DNA from: Candidatus Woesearchaeota archaeon
Lineage (GTDB): Archaea > Nanobdellota > Nanobdellia > Pacearchaeales > GW2011-AR1
NCBI GenBank assembly: GCA_964612685.1
Contig: CAZTCF010000001.1
Span: 83,399 to 147,398, forward strand
DNA: 64,000 bases
Direction: 5' to 3'
In this document: in pieces, positions 1 to 8,231 of the stretch
Position numbering within the stretch: the first letter of the stretch is position 1
Layout: each line of letters opens with the position of its first letter
Program-made: the position numbers and the translations under genes
Notes under the pieces: model-generated
The model's database searches: none
What the model saw: the letters and a program-made list of their open reading frames with translations, nothing else
What the model was told of the DNA's origin: nothing

Positions 1-2
1 CT

Positions 3-152
3 CCTGTTTGTAGATTTTGTGTAACTTGTGGTGGTACTTGGCCAAATTATGCTGGGCAGGTTAGAGGAAATACTGGAGAAAGTTTAGCATTAGGAAGTCT
101 TTGTGCGGGTAGTGAAACTTGGGTTAGCAGAATGAACTTGTGTTGCAGATAA
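3..152 (+). CDS. C-terminal fragment of a cysteine-rich protein, truncated by the window edge
   Basis: Frame 3 is open from the window start to TAA at 150-152. The translation PVCRFCVTCGGTWPNYAGQ...SRMNLCCR has 6 Cys in 49 aa. It sits directly upstream of the Cys-rich paralog array. Confidence 0.35.
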   Translation, partial: PVCRFCVTCGGTWPNYAGQVRGNTGESLALGSLCAGSETWVSRMNLCCR

Positions 153-185
153 AATTCGAATTTTATATCTATTTTATTAAAAAAG

Positions 186-194
186 TATTTAAAA
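186..194 (+). promoter_or_regulatory. Putative archaeal TATA box for the first short/long Cys-rich gene cassette
   Basis: tatttaaaa is centred ~28 nt upstream of the ATG at 218, consistent with a leaderless transcript. A near-identical tatttaaa sits at the same distance from the paralog at 1807. Confidence 0.35.
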
Positions 195-217
195 TAAGTT
201 TGTTATTATATTTTAAG

Positions 218-505
218 ATGGTGAAGCTAATTATATATTCTAAAACGCTCTATACAATAATTGGAATTTTCATATCTTTATTGTTAATTGGCATTGGGGT
301 TTATGCTTATAATCAGCCCCCTCCAACGTATGTCGGGCATACTACTGGAGAATTAATGCCTTCCTCCTGCACAGGGTTTATTAGTGGTGTCGAGAATACT
401 GCTAATTCCTGGAGTTGTATTTCATCTTCAATACCTACTTGCACTGGTCCAGAACAGGGACTTACTTGGACAGGTTCTCTTTGGCAGTGTAAAACTTTAA
501 GTTAA
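218..505 (+). CDS. Small secreted cysteine-rich protein, short form (paralog A1)
   Basis: ORF track 140..505 starts at GTG; the ATG at 218 (MVKLIIYSK...) aligns with paralog A2. Hydrophobic signal ending GIGVYA|Y (SPase I-like). Shared core: GVYAY-x8-GHT-x2-E[LF]-x-P-x-C-x-G...NSW-x-C...C-x-G...W-[TS]-G-x2-W-x-C. 4 Cys. Confidence 0.7.
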   Translation: MVKLIIYSKTLYTIIGIFISLLLIGIGVYAYNQPPPTYVGHTTGELMPSSCTGFISGVENTANSWSCISSSIPTCTGPEQGLTWTGSLWQCKTLS

Positions 506-538
506 TTAAATAACAAAATATAACAAAAAATAATAAAG

Positions 539-1126
539 ATGAAAAACAAAAAGATCGAGATAAATATTCCGAATAAAATTTTCTATTCTTTTTTATTTTT
601 AATTTTTGTAATTGTTATGGGAGTTGAAGTTTATGCTTATAATCAGCCCCCTCCAACATATGTGGGTCATACTTTAAATGAACTTATGCCTTCATGCACT
701 GGATGGCTTAGGGGAACTGCTAATACTGCAAATTCTTGGGGTTGCACTTCTGTTCCTCCTGCTTGTGAAGGGGGGACAAAAGTTTTGCATTATAGTGGTG
801 GAGTGTGGAGTTGTTATACTGTTGATCAAGGATTTGAGTGTAATTGGGTTGGTTGGAATCCATCCATACCAGAGTATCCAAATCCGAGTGTGAGTCCTTG
901 TTATATTGAAGATACATATCAAAACGAAGCAGATTTTTCAGTAAATTTGTGTCCTTATTGGGATGGGGGAATGCAGATGATACCTCCTGGAGAATGGAGT
1001 GTATATACTGGAATGGTAGAACAAGAATATTGTAGTGGAGGTTCAATTACGGATGTTAGATATGCAGGAGTTTGCCCAGCTGAGGGAGATACAGTTTGCC
1101 ACTGGTCTACAATTTTACCTTATTAA
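539..1126 (+). CDS. Secreted cysteine-rich protein, long form (paralog B1)
   Basis: Same signal and core as A1 (VYAYNQPPPTYVGHTLNELMPSCTG...NSWGC). It adds a ~100-aa Cys-rich extension (ECNWVGWNPSIPEYPNPS..PCYIEDT...PPGEW...YCSGGSITD) and ends in ILPY. 10 Cys. Confidence 0.75.
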   Translation: MKNKKIEINIPNKIFYSFLFLIFVIVMGVEVYAYNQPPPTYVGHTLNELMPSCTGWLRGTANTANSWGCTSVPPACEGGTKVLHYSGGVWSCYTVDQGFECNWVGWNPSIPEYPNPSVSPCYIEDTYQNEADFSVNLCPYWDGGMQMIPPGEWSVYTGMVEQEYCSGGSITDVRYAGVCPAEGDTVCHWSTILPY

Positions 1127-1154
1127 TAAGTTTAAATAAATAAAATAAAAAACA

Positions 1155-1736
1155 ATGGAAAAAATAGAAATAAACCTATCGAATAAATTGTTTTATTCAG
1201 TAATTACTTTAATTGGGATAATTCTTGTGGGGGTCGGAGTTTATGCTTATAGTGGAACAGCTCCTGCAACGATGGGACATACTTTGAATGAATTGACGCC
1301 CCAATGTGATGGTATGATTAAAGGTACTTCCGGGGTTGCAAATTCTTGGAGTTGTACACCTAATCCTCCTACTTGTTCTGGTACTAATCAGGTTTTGCAA
1401 TGGACAGGGACTTCTTGGGCTTGTGTTGTTGTAGATATAGGTTATGAATGTAATTGGGTGGGTTGGAGTCCATCTTTTCCTTCATATCCTAATCCAAGTA
1501 CAAATCCTTGTTATATAGAAGACACTTGTGATGTTGAAAGTAGTTGTTATACTGGAGTTTGCCCTTGCTGGGATGAGGGTTATCAGATTACCCCTCCTGG
1601 AGAATGGCCTTATTATGCGGGAGTTGTACAACAACGTTATTGTAGTTCTGGTTCGATAACAGATGAAAGATATGTTTCTTTATGTGCTTCGGATATTGAT
1701 GAATATTGTTATTATAGTATAATTGAACCTTATTAA
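1155..1736 (+). CDS. Secreted cysteine-rich protein, long form (paralog B2)
   Basis: Collinear with B1 across the core and the extension (ECNWVGWSPSFPSYPNPS..PCYIEDT...PPGEW...YCSSGSITD). Ends in IEPY. Confidence 0.75.
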   Translation: MEKIEINLSNKLFYSVITLIGIILVGVGVYAYSGTAPATMGHTLNELTPQCDGMIKGTSGVANSWSCTPNPPTCSGTNQVLQWTGTSWACVVVDIGYECNWVGWSPSFPSYPNPSTNPCYIEDTCDVESSCYTGVCPCWDEGYQITPPGEWPYYAGVVQQRYCSSGSITDERYVSLCASDIDEYCYYSIIEPY

Positions 1737-1774
1737 ACAATTAATTAACCTAAGTTTTAAATTTTATCAAAAAT

Positions 1775-1782
1775 TATTTAAA
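1775..1782 (+). promoter_or_regulatory. Putative TATA box for the second short/long cassette
   Basis: tatttaaa lies ~28 nt upstream of the ATG at 1807. The surrounding sequence resembles that upstream of 218. Confidence 0.35.
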
Positions 1783-1806
1783 CAAGAATATCCTGTATTA
1801 TACAAG

Positions 1807-2091
1807 ATGGTGAAGATAATTTTGTATTCTAAGACACTCTATGCAATAATAGGGGTTTTCATATCCTTATTGTTAATTGGTATAGGAGTTTATGCTTATG
1901 GTGGGACTCTTCCTTCAACAATGGGCCATACCATTGGAGAATTCATGCCTTCATGTACTGGAATTGTAAGTGGTACTGCGAATACTGCAAATTCTTGGAC
2001 ATGTGCATCTGCAAATATTCCTGTTTGTACAGGTTCTACTCAGGGAATTAGTTGGACTGGATCTTTATGGTCGTGCAGATCTTTTTCATAA
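1807..2091 (+). CDS. Small secreted cysteine-rich protein, short form (paralog A2)
   Basis: The ORF track N-terminal extension (1723) overlaps B2. The ATG at 1807 gives MVKIILYSKTLYAIIGVFISLLLIGIGVYAY..., about 70% identical to A1 by eye. 4 Cys. Confidence 0.7.
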   Translation: MVKIILYSKTLYAIIGVFISLLLIGIGVYAYGGTLPSTMGHTIGEFMPSCTGIVSGTANTANSWTCASANIPVCTGSTQGISWTGSLWSCRSFS

Positions 2092-2126
2092 GTTAAGTTT
2101 AAATAATATAAAATACTAAAAATAGA

Positions 2127-2609
2127 ATGATGAATAAAAAGATAGAGGTGAATATTTCTAATAAATTACTTTATTCATTTTTAGCTCTTGTTATTGTTAT
2201 TATTTTGGGAATTGGAGTTTATGCTTACGGGGGAACTGCTCCAGCAACTATGGGGCATACTATGGGAGAATTAATGCCTTCATGCAATGGGTGGCTTAGG
2301 GGAACTTCTAACGATCCTAATTCTTGGAGTTGTACGCCTTCTCCTCCTTCATGTACTGGAACAAATCAAGCCTTACATTGGAGCGGAAGTGCTTGGAGTT
2401 GTGTAACTATTGATACTGGGACAGATTCATGTTCCTGGACCGGTTGGTATCCGGTTTGTCGTTGTTTTGGTACGGAAGATGCTCCTTGTTCATATAATGT
2501 TTATCCTATTCTTATGCATCAAGAATATTGTGTTGGAGGAACTATAACTCAAGAGAGGGATATTTATTGCTGCCCCACAGATGCAAATGGCCTTTGTATG
2601 GCTGTATAA
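2127..2609 (+). CDS. Secreted cysteine-rich protein, long form with divergent extension (paralog B3)
   Basis: Same signal and core (GIGVYAYGGTAPATMGHTMGELMPSCNG...NSWSC...WSGSAWSC). The C-terminal Cys-rich extension is shorter and different. Confidence 0.7.
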   Translation: MMNKKIEVNISNKLLYSFLALVIVIILGIGVYAYGGTAPATMGHTMGELMPSCNGWLRGTSNDPNSWSCTPSPPSCTGTNQALHWSGSAWSCVTIDTGTDSCSWTGWYPVCRCFGTEDAPCSYNVYPILMHQEYCVGGTITQERDIYCCPTDANGLCMAV

Positions 2610-2653
2610 ATTTTTATAATTAATTTTTTAAACTTGATATAATTAGATAAATT

Positions 2654-2998
2654 ATGGTTGAGGGAATAATAGAATTTGATGAATGGCAAAGGATTGATTT
2701 AAGAGTTGCACAAATTAAGGGAGTTGAAGATATTCCGGGAGCAGACAAATTATATAAATTAACTTTAGATGTTGGTTCTGAAGTAGGAGAGAGAGTAATT
2801 TGTGCAGGGATTAAAGAGTATTACTCTAAGGAGGAATTGAAAAATAAAAAAATTGTTGTTTTTATAAATTTAAAACCACGGATGATGAAGGGTATTGAAA
2901 GTCAGGGAATGTTGCTTGCTGCTGTTTCAGAAGACCATTCTGAAGTTGTTTTGGTTTGCCCCGAAAAGGATATTGCTAATGGGTGTAGAATAAGTTAG
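2654..2998 (+). CDS. tRNA-binding domain protein (Trbp111/CsaA/EMAP-like OB fold)
   Basis: Pattern DLRVAQI..VEDIPGADKLYKLTLDVG...RVICAGIKEYY..EEL..KKIVVFINLKPRMMKGIESQGMLLAA is typical of the MetRS C-terminal-type tRNA-binding domain. Confidence 0.75.
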   Translation: MVEGIIEFDEWQRIDLRVAQIKGVEDIPGADKLYKLTLDVGSEVGERVICAGIKEYYSKEELKNKKIVVFINLKPRMMKGIESQGMLLAAVSEDHSEVVLVCPEKDIANGCRIS

Positions 2999-3134
2999 AT
3001 TTATTTTTTATATTGTAATGGTTTTGTTATCAGGAAGGAACTATCTATTATTAAGGATAATTAAATAAATTGTTTGAGTAGATAATTTAATTTTTTTGTT
3101 TTATAAATCTCTTTTGTTGAGATAAAGAGTAATC

Positions 3135-3914
3135 TTACATATTGAATTTCATTATTCTTCTCCAAAAAGGATGTCTGTCCTTTTTAGAATTGTATTCAGC
3201 ATCAACAAGTCTTGCAGCAATTTCTTTGTAGGCTCTTGAAGCATCTGATTTTGGGTGTGTGTGAACTATGGCGTCTTTTTGATTTAGAGCTCTTTTGATA
3301 TTCATATCTTCAGGAATCATACCCAAAATAGGAGTCTCTAGCATGTCCTTTACTGCTTCAGGAGTCATTTCTATATTGTCTTTTCTTACTCTTGTAACAA
3401 TTACTCCTGTAACGGTTTTTTTCATTTGCTCAGCCATTTTTATTGTTTTAAGTGCATCAGTTATTGCAGGCATTTCAGCATTAGTTATAATTATCAATTC
3501 ATCTGCTAAATCCATAGCTGCCAAAGTTTCATCTCCTAATCCCGCTGAGCTATCAACAATAATATAATCGGATATTCCTTTGAAATCTCTTTTGAAATTG
3601 CTTATTTTTTCTGGCTTTACTTTTTTTAATTCTTTTATAGATAAAGATGAGGGCATAATTTTTAATCCGGATTTGTGTTCATATACTGCTTCTTTTGCAT
3701 CTGCTTTCCCCAAAAGAACGTGATTAAGATTTATGGGAACTTCTGGGGAATTAAGGTGTATTCCTACATTTGGAGTGGATAAATTTCCATCAATTATAAG
3801 TACATCTTTTCCAAGATAGTTCATAGCTGCACCTAAATTTATTGCAGTAGTTGTTTTTCCCACACCTCCCTTTCCTGATGTTATTACTATTATCCTGTTC
3901 ATTTTATAAGCCAA
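3135..3914 (-). CDS. minD: MinD/ParA-family P-loop ATPase
   Basis: Deviant Walker A SGKGGVGKTTTAINLG, a DSSAGLGD switch region, ~260 aa. Confidence 0.85.
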   Translation of the reverse strand: MAYKMNRIIVITSGKGGVGKTTTAINLGAAMNYLGKDVLIIDGNLSTPNVGIHLNSPEVPINLNHVLLGKADAKEAVYEHKSGLKIMPSSLSIKELKKVKPEKISNFKRDFKGISDYIIVDSSAGLGDETLAAMDLADELIIITNAEMPAITDALKTIKMAEQMKKTVTGVIVTRVRKDNIEMTPEAVKDMLETPILGMIPEDMNIKRALNQKDAIVHTHPKSDASRAYKEIAARLVDAEYNSKKDRHPFWRRIMKFNM

Positions 3915-3930
3915 AATAGGTTTTTAGTAC

Positions 3931-4377
3931 TTATTTTGACAGAAGAAATTGTTTTGTAGTGCTTATAAACTTTTCCAGCTTCTCAGCATATTCTTTTAAC
4001 TTCTCTAAATCTACATTTATCTCTTTTCCCTGATAAAAAATCCTAAGAGCCACATTTTTTCTGAATTCTCCTATTCTTTCTGTACGTAGTTCATCAATCT
4101 TTCTGAACATCTCATACATCTCGAGGACTTCAAGGAAATTCTTGTCTTTTTTAAATAATTTTTTCACTTCTTCTATTTTTCCGAGCGGATTAGAGGATAT
4201 TGAACTTATTTTTTTCTTTTTCTTAGCATGCTTTAAAATTTCTTCGATGCTTGTTTCAATCATTTTTCTCCATCTCAGAATAAGATTTTTGATTACATCA
4301 CAAGTTTTCGTATACTTTAAACTTACATACAAAAGATGATCTGCACTTATTTTTTCTTGAATGATATCTTCCATCAA
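3931..4377 (-). CDS. Hypothetical Lys/Glu-rich helical protein immediately upstream of minD
   Basis: Intact 148-aa ORF, 16 nt from the minD start on the same strand. No recognisable motif. Confidence 0.45.
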   Translation of the reverse strand: MMEDIIQEKISADHLLYVSLKYTKTCDVIKNLILRWRKMIETSIEEILKHAKKKKKISSISSNPLGKIEEVKKLFKKDKNFLEVLEMYEMFRKIDELRTERIGEFRKNVALRIFYQGKEINVDLEKLKEYAEKLEKFISTTKQFLLSK

Positions 4378-4466
4378 TATAGTTATCCTTTTCCCCTCCT
4401 GTTTACCTTACCCATTTAGAAGCGTAATTTAGGAAGGTGTACTTATTTATATATCTTTTGCTGTTT

Positions 4467-4733
4467 TCAAGGAGTGAAAGTTTTTTGGATATTTTCAGGA
4501 TAAATGCTAAGATTAGGTGTGATTTTCAAAAAATAATCATGTAAAGTAGGTGTCTTTTCTATTTCTATTCTTGACATTCCTTTCCTATAGTTTTCATTTA
4601 TTCTATAATCTTCCATGTCTTGTTCTACTTTATCCTATATCTCATTATATTCTGTATCATCTAATACTTCTATTACTCCTTTTTTGATTGCTTTTTTTAA
4701 CAACCTTTCTGCTTCACTTTCTAGAGTTTTCAT
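4467..4733 (-). pseudogene. 88-codon reading frame interrupted by one in-frame TAG (possible pseudogene or two micro-ORFs)
   Basis: The ATG at 4733-4731 gives MKTLESEAERLLKKAIKKGVIEVLDDTEYNEI, then TAG (4637-4635). The same frame continues DKVEQDMEDYRINENYRKGMSRIEIEKTPTLHDYFLKITPNLSIYPENIQKTFTP to TGA at 4469-4467. Confidence 0.3.
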
Positions 4734-4772
4734 GATTATTAATGGGGCTAGGATTATATAAAGATTTTTGAA

Positions 4773-4985
4773 TTATGCCCTATAAGAAGGGGGATCATCC
4801 GCTCTTGTCATCTTAAAATTTATTCCTTTTTCTCTTAGTTCTTGAACAAAATTATCTTTGGCTTTTTCTATTTGTTTAATATATTCATATCCAAATAATT
4901 TGGCGTATGTTACTTTACCCTCTGCTTCCATTCTTTTTATCGTTTTTTGAGCAATTCCTTCTAATTTCTCTGGCATTTTATTCAC
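4773..4985 (-). CDS. Hypothetical small protein downstream of NAC
   Basis: 70-aa ORF whose start overlaps the NAC stop by 8 nt. No motif recognised. Confidence 0.4.
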   Translation of the reverse strand: MNKMPEKLEGIAQKTIKRMEAEGKVTYAKLFGYEYIKQIEKAKDNFVQELREKGINFKMTRADDPPSYRA

Positions 4986-5313
4986 TCAACTCAAGAATCG
5001 TCTCGGCTAAATCTCCATTATTCTTTTCAAGAGTTTCACGTGCAATTTTTTCTGAAACTCCTGTTTTTTCAATCACAGTTTGCACATCTTCCTCACTTAA
5101 TTCTTCTTCTCCAGTTTCTTCAGAAATATCTCCTGCAATTTGGAAAGTTTCTTGTCCTTGCATTTTTATTTTCTGGACAGAAGGATTATCAATTATTATT
5201 CTTGAATTATCTGTTTTTTCAATTATAACTCTAGATGCATCTACATCTTCCTGTGAAATACCCATTTTTTTGAGCATTCCTTGCATTTGTCTTGGGTCAA
5301 CTCCGGGAAACAT
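4978..5313 (-). CDS. nac: Nascent polypeptide-associated complex protein (archaeal NAC)
   Basis: N-terminal PRQMQGMLKKMGI, a NAC beta-barrel (VIIEKTD...IIDNPSV.KI.MQGQETFQI) and a C-terminal UBA-like segment (VIEKTGVSEKIARETLEKNNGDLAETI). Confidence 0.85.
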   Translation of the reverse strand: MFPGVDPRQMQGMLKKMGISQEDVDASRVIIEKTDNSRIIIDNPSVQKIKMQGQETFQIAGDISEETGEEELSEEDVQTVIEKTGVSEKIARETLEKNNGDLAETILELSE

Positions 5314-5365
5314 ATTTGAGATAAAATAATAGGGTTTTTATAAATTGTGTTCTGAAAATAAATAA

Positions 5366-5545
5366 TTATCCCAATAATTCTCTATTATACCATTTAGGGA
5401 TTATGTCTTCTCTATAGCATCTTCTAATTTCCAGTATATACAAACCTGTTCTATACATAATCTTACCAAATTTATTCATTTTTTCGTATTTCTCTTTTTC
5501 TTCAGGTATTGTTTCAAATATTTCTTCCAATATTTTTTTTGCCAT
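5366..5545 (-). CDS. Hypothetical 59-aa protein (below the ORF-track cutoff)
   Basis: Hand translation: MAKKILEEIFETIPEEKEKYEKMNKFGKIMYRTGLYILEIRRCYREDIIPKWYNRELLG, ending in a stop. It fills an otherwise empty gap. Confidence 0.3.
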   Translation of the reverse strand: MAKKILEEIFETIPEEKEKYEKMNKFGKIMYRTGLYILEIRRCYREDIIPKWYNRELLG

Positions 5546-5603
5546 ATATTAAATTAACCATACTTATCTATAAAGTTATATAGACACAATTATACTTATG
5601 CGT

Positions 5604-5762
5604 TTAGAAAATAAAAGGCATTACTATTCTGAATGCTACGATTAAAATTACAAATAATACTACATGCGCGGGTTTTAAGTTGATGTAACTCGTATATTCT
5701 TCACTGTAACGCATTAACCCCCCAAATCCTCCTGGAAGGTTTATTTTGTTATCTGATGCCAT
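5604..5762 (-). CDS. secG: Preprotein translocase subunit Sec61beta (SecG), 52 aa, missed by the ORF track
   Basis: Hand translation: MASDNKINLPGGFGGLMRYSEEYTSYINLKPAHVVLFVILIVAFRIVMPFIF. The GGL-x-RY motif followed by a single C-terminal TM helix is the archaeal Sec61beta pattern. Confidence 0.65.
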   Translation of the reverse strand: MASDNKINLPGGFGGLMRYSEEYTSYINLKPAHVVLFVILIVAFRIVMPFIF

Positions 5763-5813
5763 GAATATTTTAAAGAGAGATAGTTTTTAAAAGTTTCTTG
5801 GATAAGATTATCT

Positions 5814-8183
5814 ATGGTAGAAGCAAATTCAAGTTCAAAGTTTGACTTTAAGCATATTGAAGATAAGTGGAAAGAATTTTGGGAAAAGGAAAAAATATAT
5901 GCTGCAGATTTAAAGAAAAAGAAGGTTTATTCTTTAGATACTCCTCCCCCCACAGTTTCGGGAGCAATGCATATTGGACATGTATTTAGTTATTCTCAGC
6001 AGGACTTTATTGCTAGATTTCAAAGGATGTATCTTGCAGATAGAAATGGATGTGTATTCTATCCTTTTGGAACTGATGACAATGGATTGCCTACAGAAAG
6101 ATTAGTTGAAAAGATGAATAATACCAAAAGTAAAGATATGTCAAGAGAGGATTTCATTAAGCTTTGTTTAAAAACACTTAAGAATATTCTTCCAGATTTT
6201 GTACGGGATTGGAAAAATCTGGGGATTTCTTGTGACTATACTGTTTCTTATTCTACAATTGATGATAATTCTAGAAAGGTTTCTCAAAAATCTTTTCTTG
6301 AATTGTACAAGAAAAAAGATATCTACAAAAAAGAATTCCCCACAATATGGTGTCCAGAATGTCAGACTTCCATTGCCCAAGCAGAACTTGAGGATAAAGA
6401 AGAAAAAAGTTTATTTTCAACTTTGAAATTTTCATGTGGAAGAAAAGATTTACTTATTGCAACAACCAGACCAGAACTTTTAGGTGCATGTGTTGCTGTT
6501 TTTGTTCATCCTGCTGATAAGAAGTATAAATCCTTTGTAGGTAAGAATGCTAAAGTTCCTTTATTTGATTATGAAGTACCAATTATCGCGGACACATCTG
6601 CAGATCCTGATAAAGGAACGGGTGCTTTGATGGTTTGCTCTTATGGAGACAAATATGATGTTGACGCAATAAACAGATATAAATTGATTCCTAGATTAAT
6701 TATTGATAAATCTGGAAAAATAAATTTTGGAGAATATAAAGGATTAAAAGTTAAGGAAGCCAGAAAAAAAATTCTTGAGAATTTAAAAAAAGAAAATTTA
6801 ATTGTTGAACAAAAAGAAATAACCCATGTAGTTAATTGTCATGATAAATGCGGGACTCCTATCGAATTTGTAACAACAGCACAATGGTTCATAAAAATTC
6901 TTGATAAAAAAGATAAATTCATTGAACAAGGAAATAAAGTTAAATGGTATCCTGAGTTTATGCATAAGAGATATGATAATTGGGTAAATGGTTTGGAATG
7001 GGATTGGAATATTTCTAGGGAGAGACATTTCGGGGTCCCTATTCCGGTTTGGGAATGTAAACAATGTGAAGAGATAATCTTAGCAGAGGAGAAGGAATTG
7101 CCTATTGATCCTTTACAGTCAAGGAAAAAATGTCCTAAGTGTAAATTAGAAGCTAAACCCGAAGAAAAAGTATTAGATACTTGGGCAACTTCCTCATTAA
7201 CCCCTCAACTTGCATCTTATTTAGTTAATGGGAAAGTTGTAGTTCCATATTCATTGAGACCACAAGCTCATGATATAATAAGGACTTGGGCATTTTATAC
7301 TATTGTTAAAAGTTATTTGCATGAAAATAAAATTCCTTGGGAAGATATTGTTATCTCAGGAAATGTTTCTTTAGGGGGAGAAAAAATGTCTAAAAGCAAA
7401 GGTAATGTTATTGATCCTAAATTGGTTTTAGAAAAATATGGGGCGGATGCTATGAGATTTTGGTCTGCAGGAAGTAAACTTGGAAATGATTTGGATTATC
7501 AGGAAAAAGATTTAATTACTGGAACAAAGATGATAAACAAATTGATTAATGCTTCAAAATTTGTTTTTATGAATCTTAAAGATTATAATCCTAAAAGTAA
7601 ACCTCACAATCTTGAGAAGCTTGATGAATTCTTTTTGGATAAGCTTAATGTTCTTGTTGAAACGTGTACGGAAAGTTTTAAGGAGTACGAATATTCTAAA
7701 GCTAAATTGGATGTTGAAAGATTTTTCTGGAGTGATTTTTGTGATAACTATCTTGAGATTGTAAAAAAGAGAGTTTATCAGGGAGAAGGAAATGCAAAAC
7801 TTTCTGCACAATACACTTTGTATCATTCCTTGCTTGTAATTTTAAAGTTGGTTGCCCCTATAATCCCATTTATAACTGAGGAAATTTATCAAGAATATTT
7901 CAGAAAAAATGAAAAAGAAAAATCAATACATATATGTTCTTGGCCAGAATCAGAAAAAGCTGAAGATAAAAATCATATAAAGATATTAGAGAGACTTTAC
8001 TTTATTATATCACAGGTTAGGCAGGAAAAATCTCTTAATAAAAAGGCAATGAATGCCGAAATTGTTTTGACCTTAACTAGAGAGGATTATGAAGAAATAA
8101 AATCTGTTCTTGGGGATTTAAAAAATGTTTCAAATGCTAAAGCAATAAGGGAAGGAAAGAAGTTTGAGGTTGAGTTTTTGTGA
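5814..8183 (+). CDS. valS: Valyl-tRNA synthetase
   Basis: Class I HIGH motif (PPPTVSGAMHIGH) and KMSKS motif (EKMSKSKGN). Archaeal ValRS-type blocks: TTRPELL, DPDKGTGALMVCSYGD, WNISRERHFGVPIP. Confidence 0.8.
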   Translation: MVEANSSSKFDFKHIEDKWKEFWEKEKIYAADLKKKKVYSLDTPPPTVSGAMHIGHVFSYSQQDFIARFQRMYLADRNGCVFYPFGTDDNGLPTERLVEKMNNTKSKDMSREDFIKLCLKTLKNILPDFVRDWKNLGISCDYTVSYSTIDDNSRKVSQKSFLELYKKKDIYKKEFPTIWCPECQTSIAQAELEDKEEKSLFSTLKFSCGRKDLLIATTRPELLGACVAVFVHPADKKYKSFVGKNAKVPLFDYEVPIIADTSADPDKGTGALMVCSYGDKYDVDAINRYKLIPRLIIDKSGKINFGEYKGLKVKEARKKILENLKKENLIVEQKEITHVVNCHDKCGTPIEFVTTAQWFIKILDKKDKFIEQGNKVKWYPEFMHKRYDNWVNGLEWDWNISRERHFGVPIPVWECKQCEEIILAEEKELPIDPLQSRKKCPKCKLEAKPEEKVLDTWATSSLTPQLASYLVNGKVVVPYSLRPQAHDIIRTWAFYTIVKSYLHENKIPWEDIVISGNVSLGGEKMSKSKGNVIDPKLVLEKYGADAMRFWSAGSKLGNDLDYQEKDLITGTKMINKLINASKFVFMNLKDYNPKSKPHNLEKLDEFFLDKLNVLVETCTESFKEYEYSKAKLDVERFFWSDFCDNYLEIVKKRVYQGEGNAKLSAQYTLYHSLLVILKLVAPIIPFITEEIYQEYFRKNEKEKSIHICSWPESEKAEDKNHIKILERLYFIISQVRQEKSLNKKAMNAEIVLTLTREDYEEIKSVLGDLKNVSNAKAIREGKKFEVEFL

Positions 8184-8231
8184 TCGAGTTAATTAACCAA
8201 ATTTTATAAACCCCCTTAGTTTTCTTTAAAT

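Noticed and set aside
140-217. N-terminal extensions of ORFs 140..505 and 1723..2091 (GTG and other alternative starts)
   Set aside because: The extensions overlap the upstream gene ends and are not conserved between the two paralogs. The internal ATGs at 218 and 1807 align perfectly and sit ~28 nt after a TATA-like box.
678-1046. Overlapping ORFs 678..893(+), 692..922(-) and 720..1046(-) inside paralog B1
   Set aside because: They lie entirely within or antisense to a gene with strong paralog support. Their translations are low-complexity with no motifs. They are typical shadow ORFs of AT-rich DNA.
3295-3567. Antisense ORF within minD. The same applies to 4142..4339, 4907..5329, 5040..5228, 6168..6426, 6798..7064, 7554..7826, 8971..9268, 9973..10197, 11130..11405, 12134..12811, 12940..13363 and 16292..16887.
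   Set aside because: All are embedded in or antisense to well-supported genes and give low-complexity Ile/Phe/Ser/Leu-rich translations. None has an independent signal.
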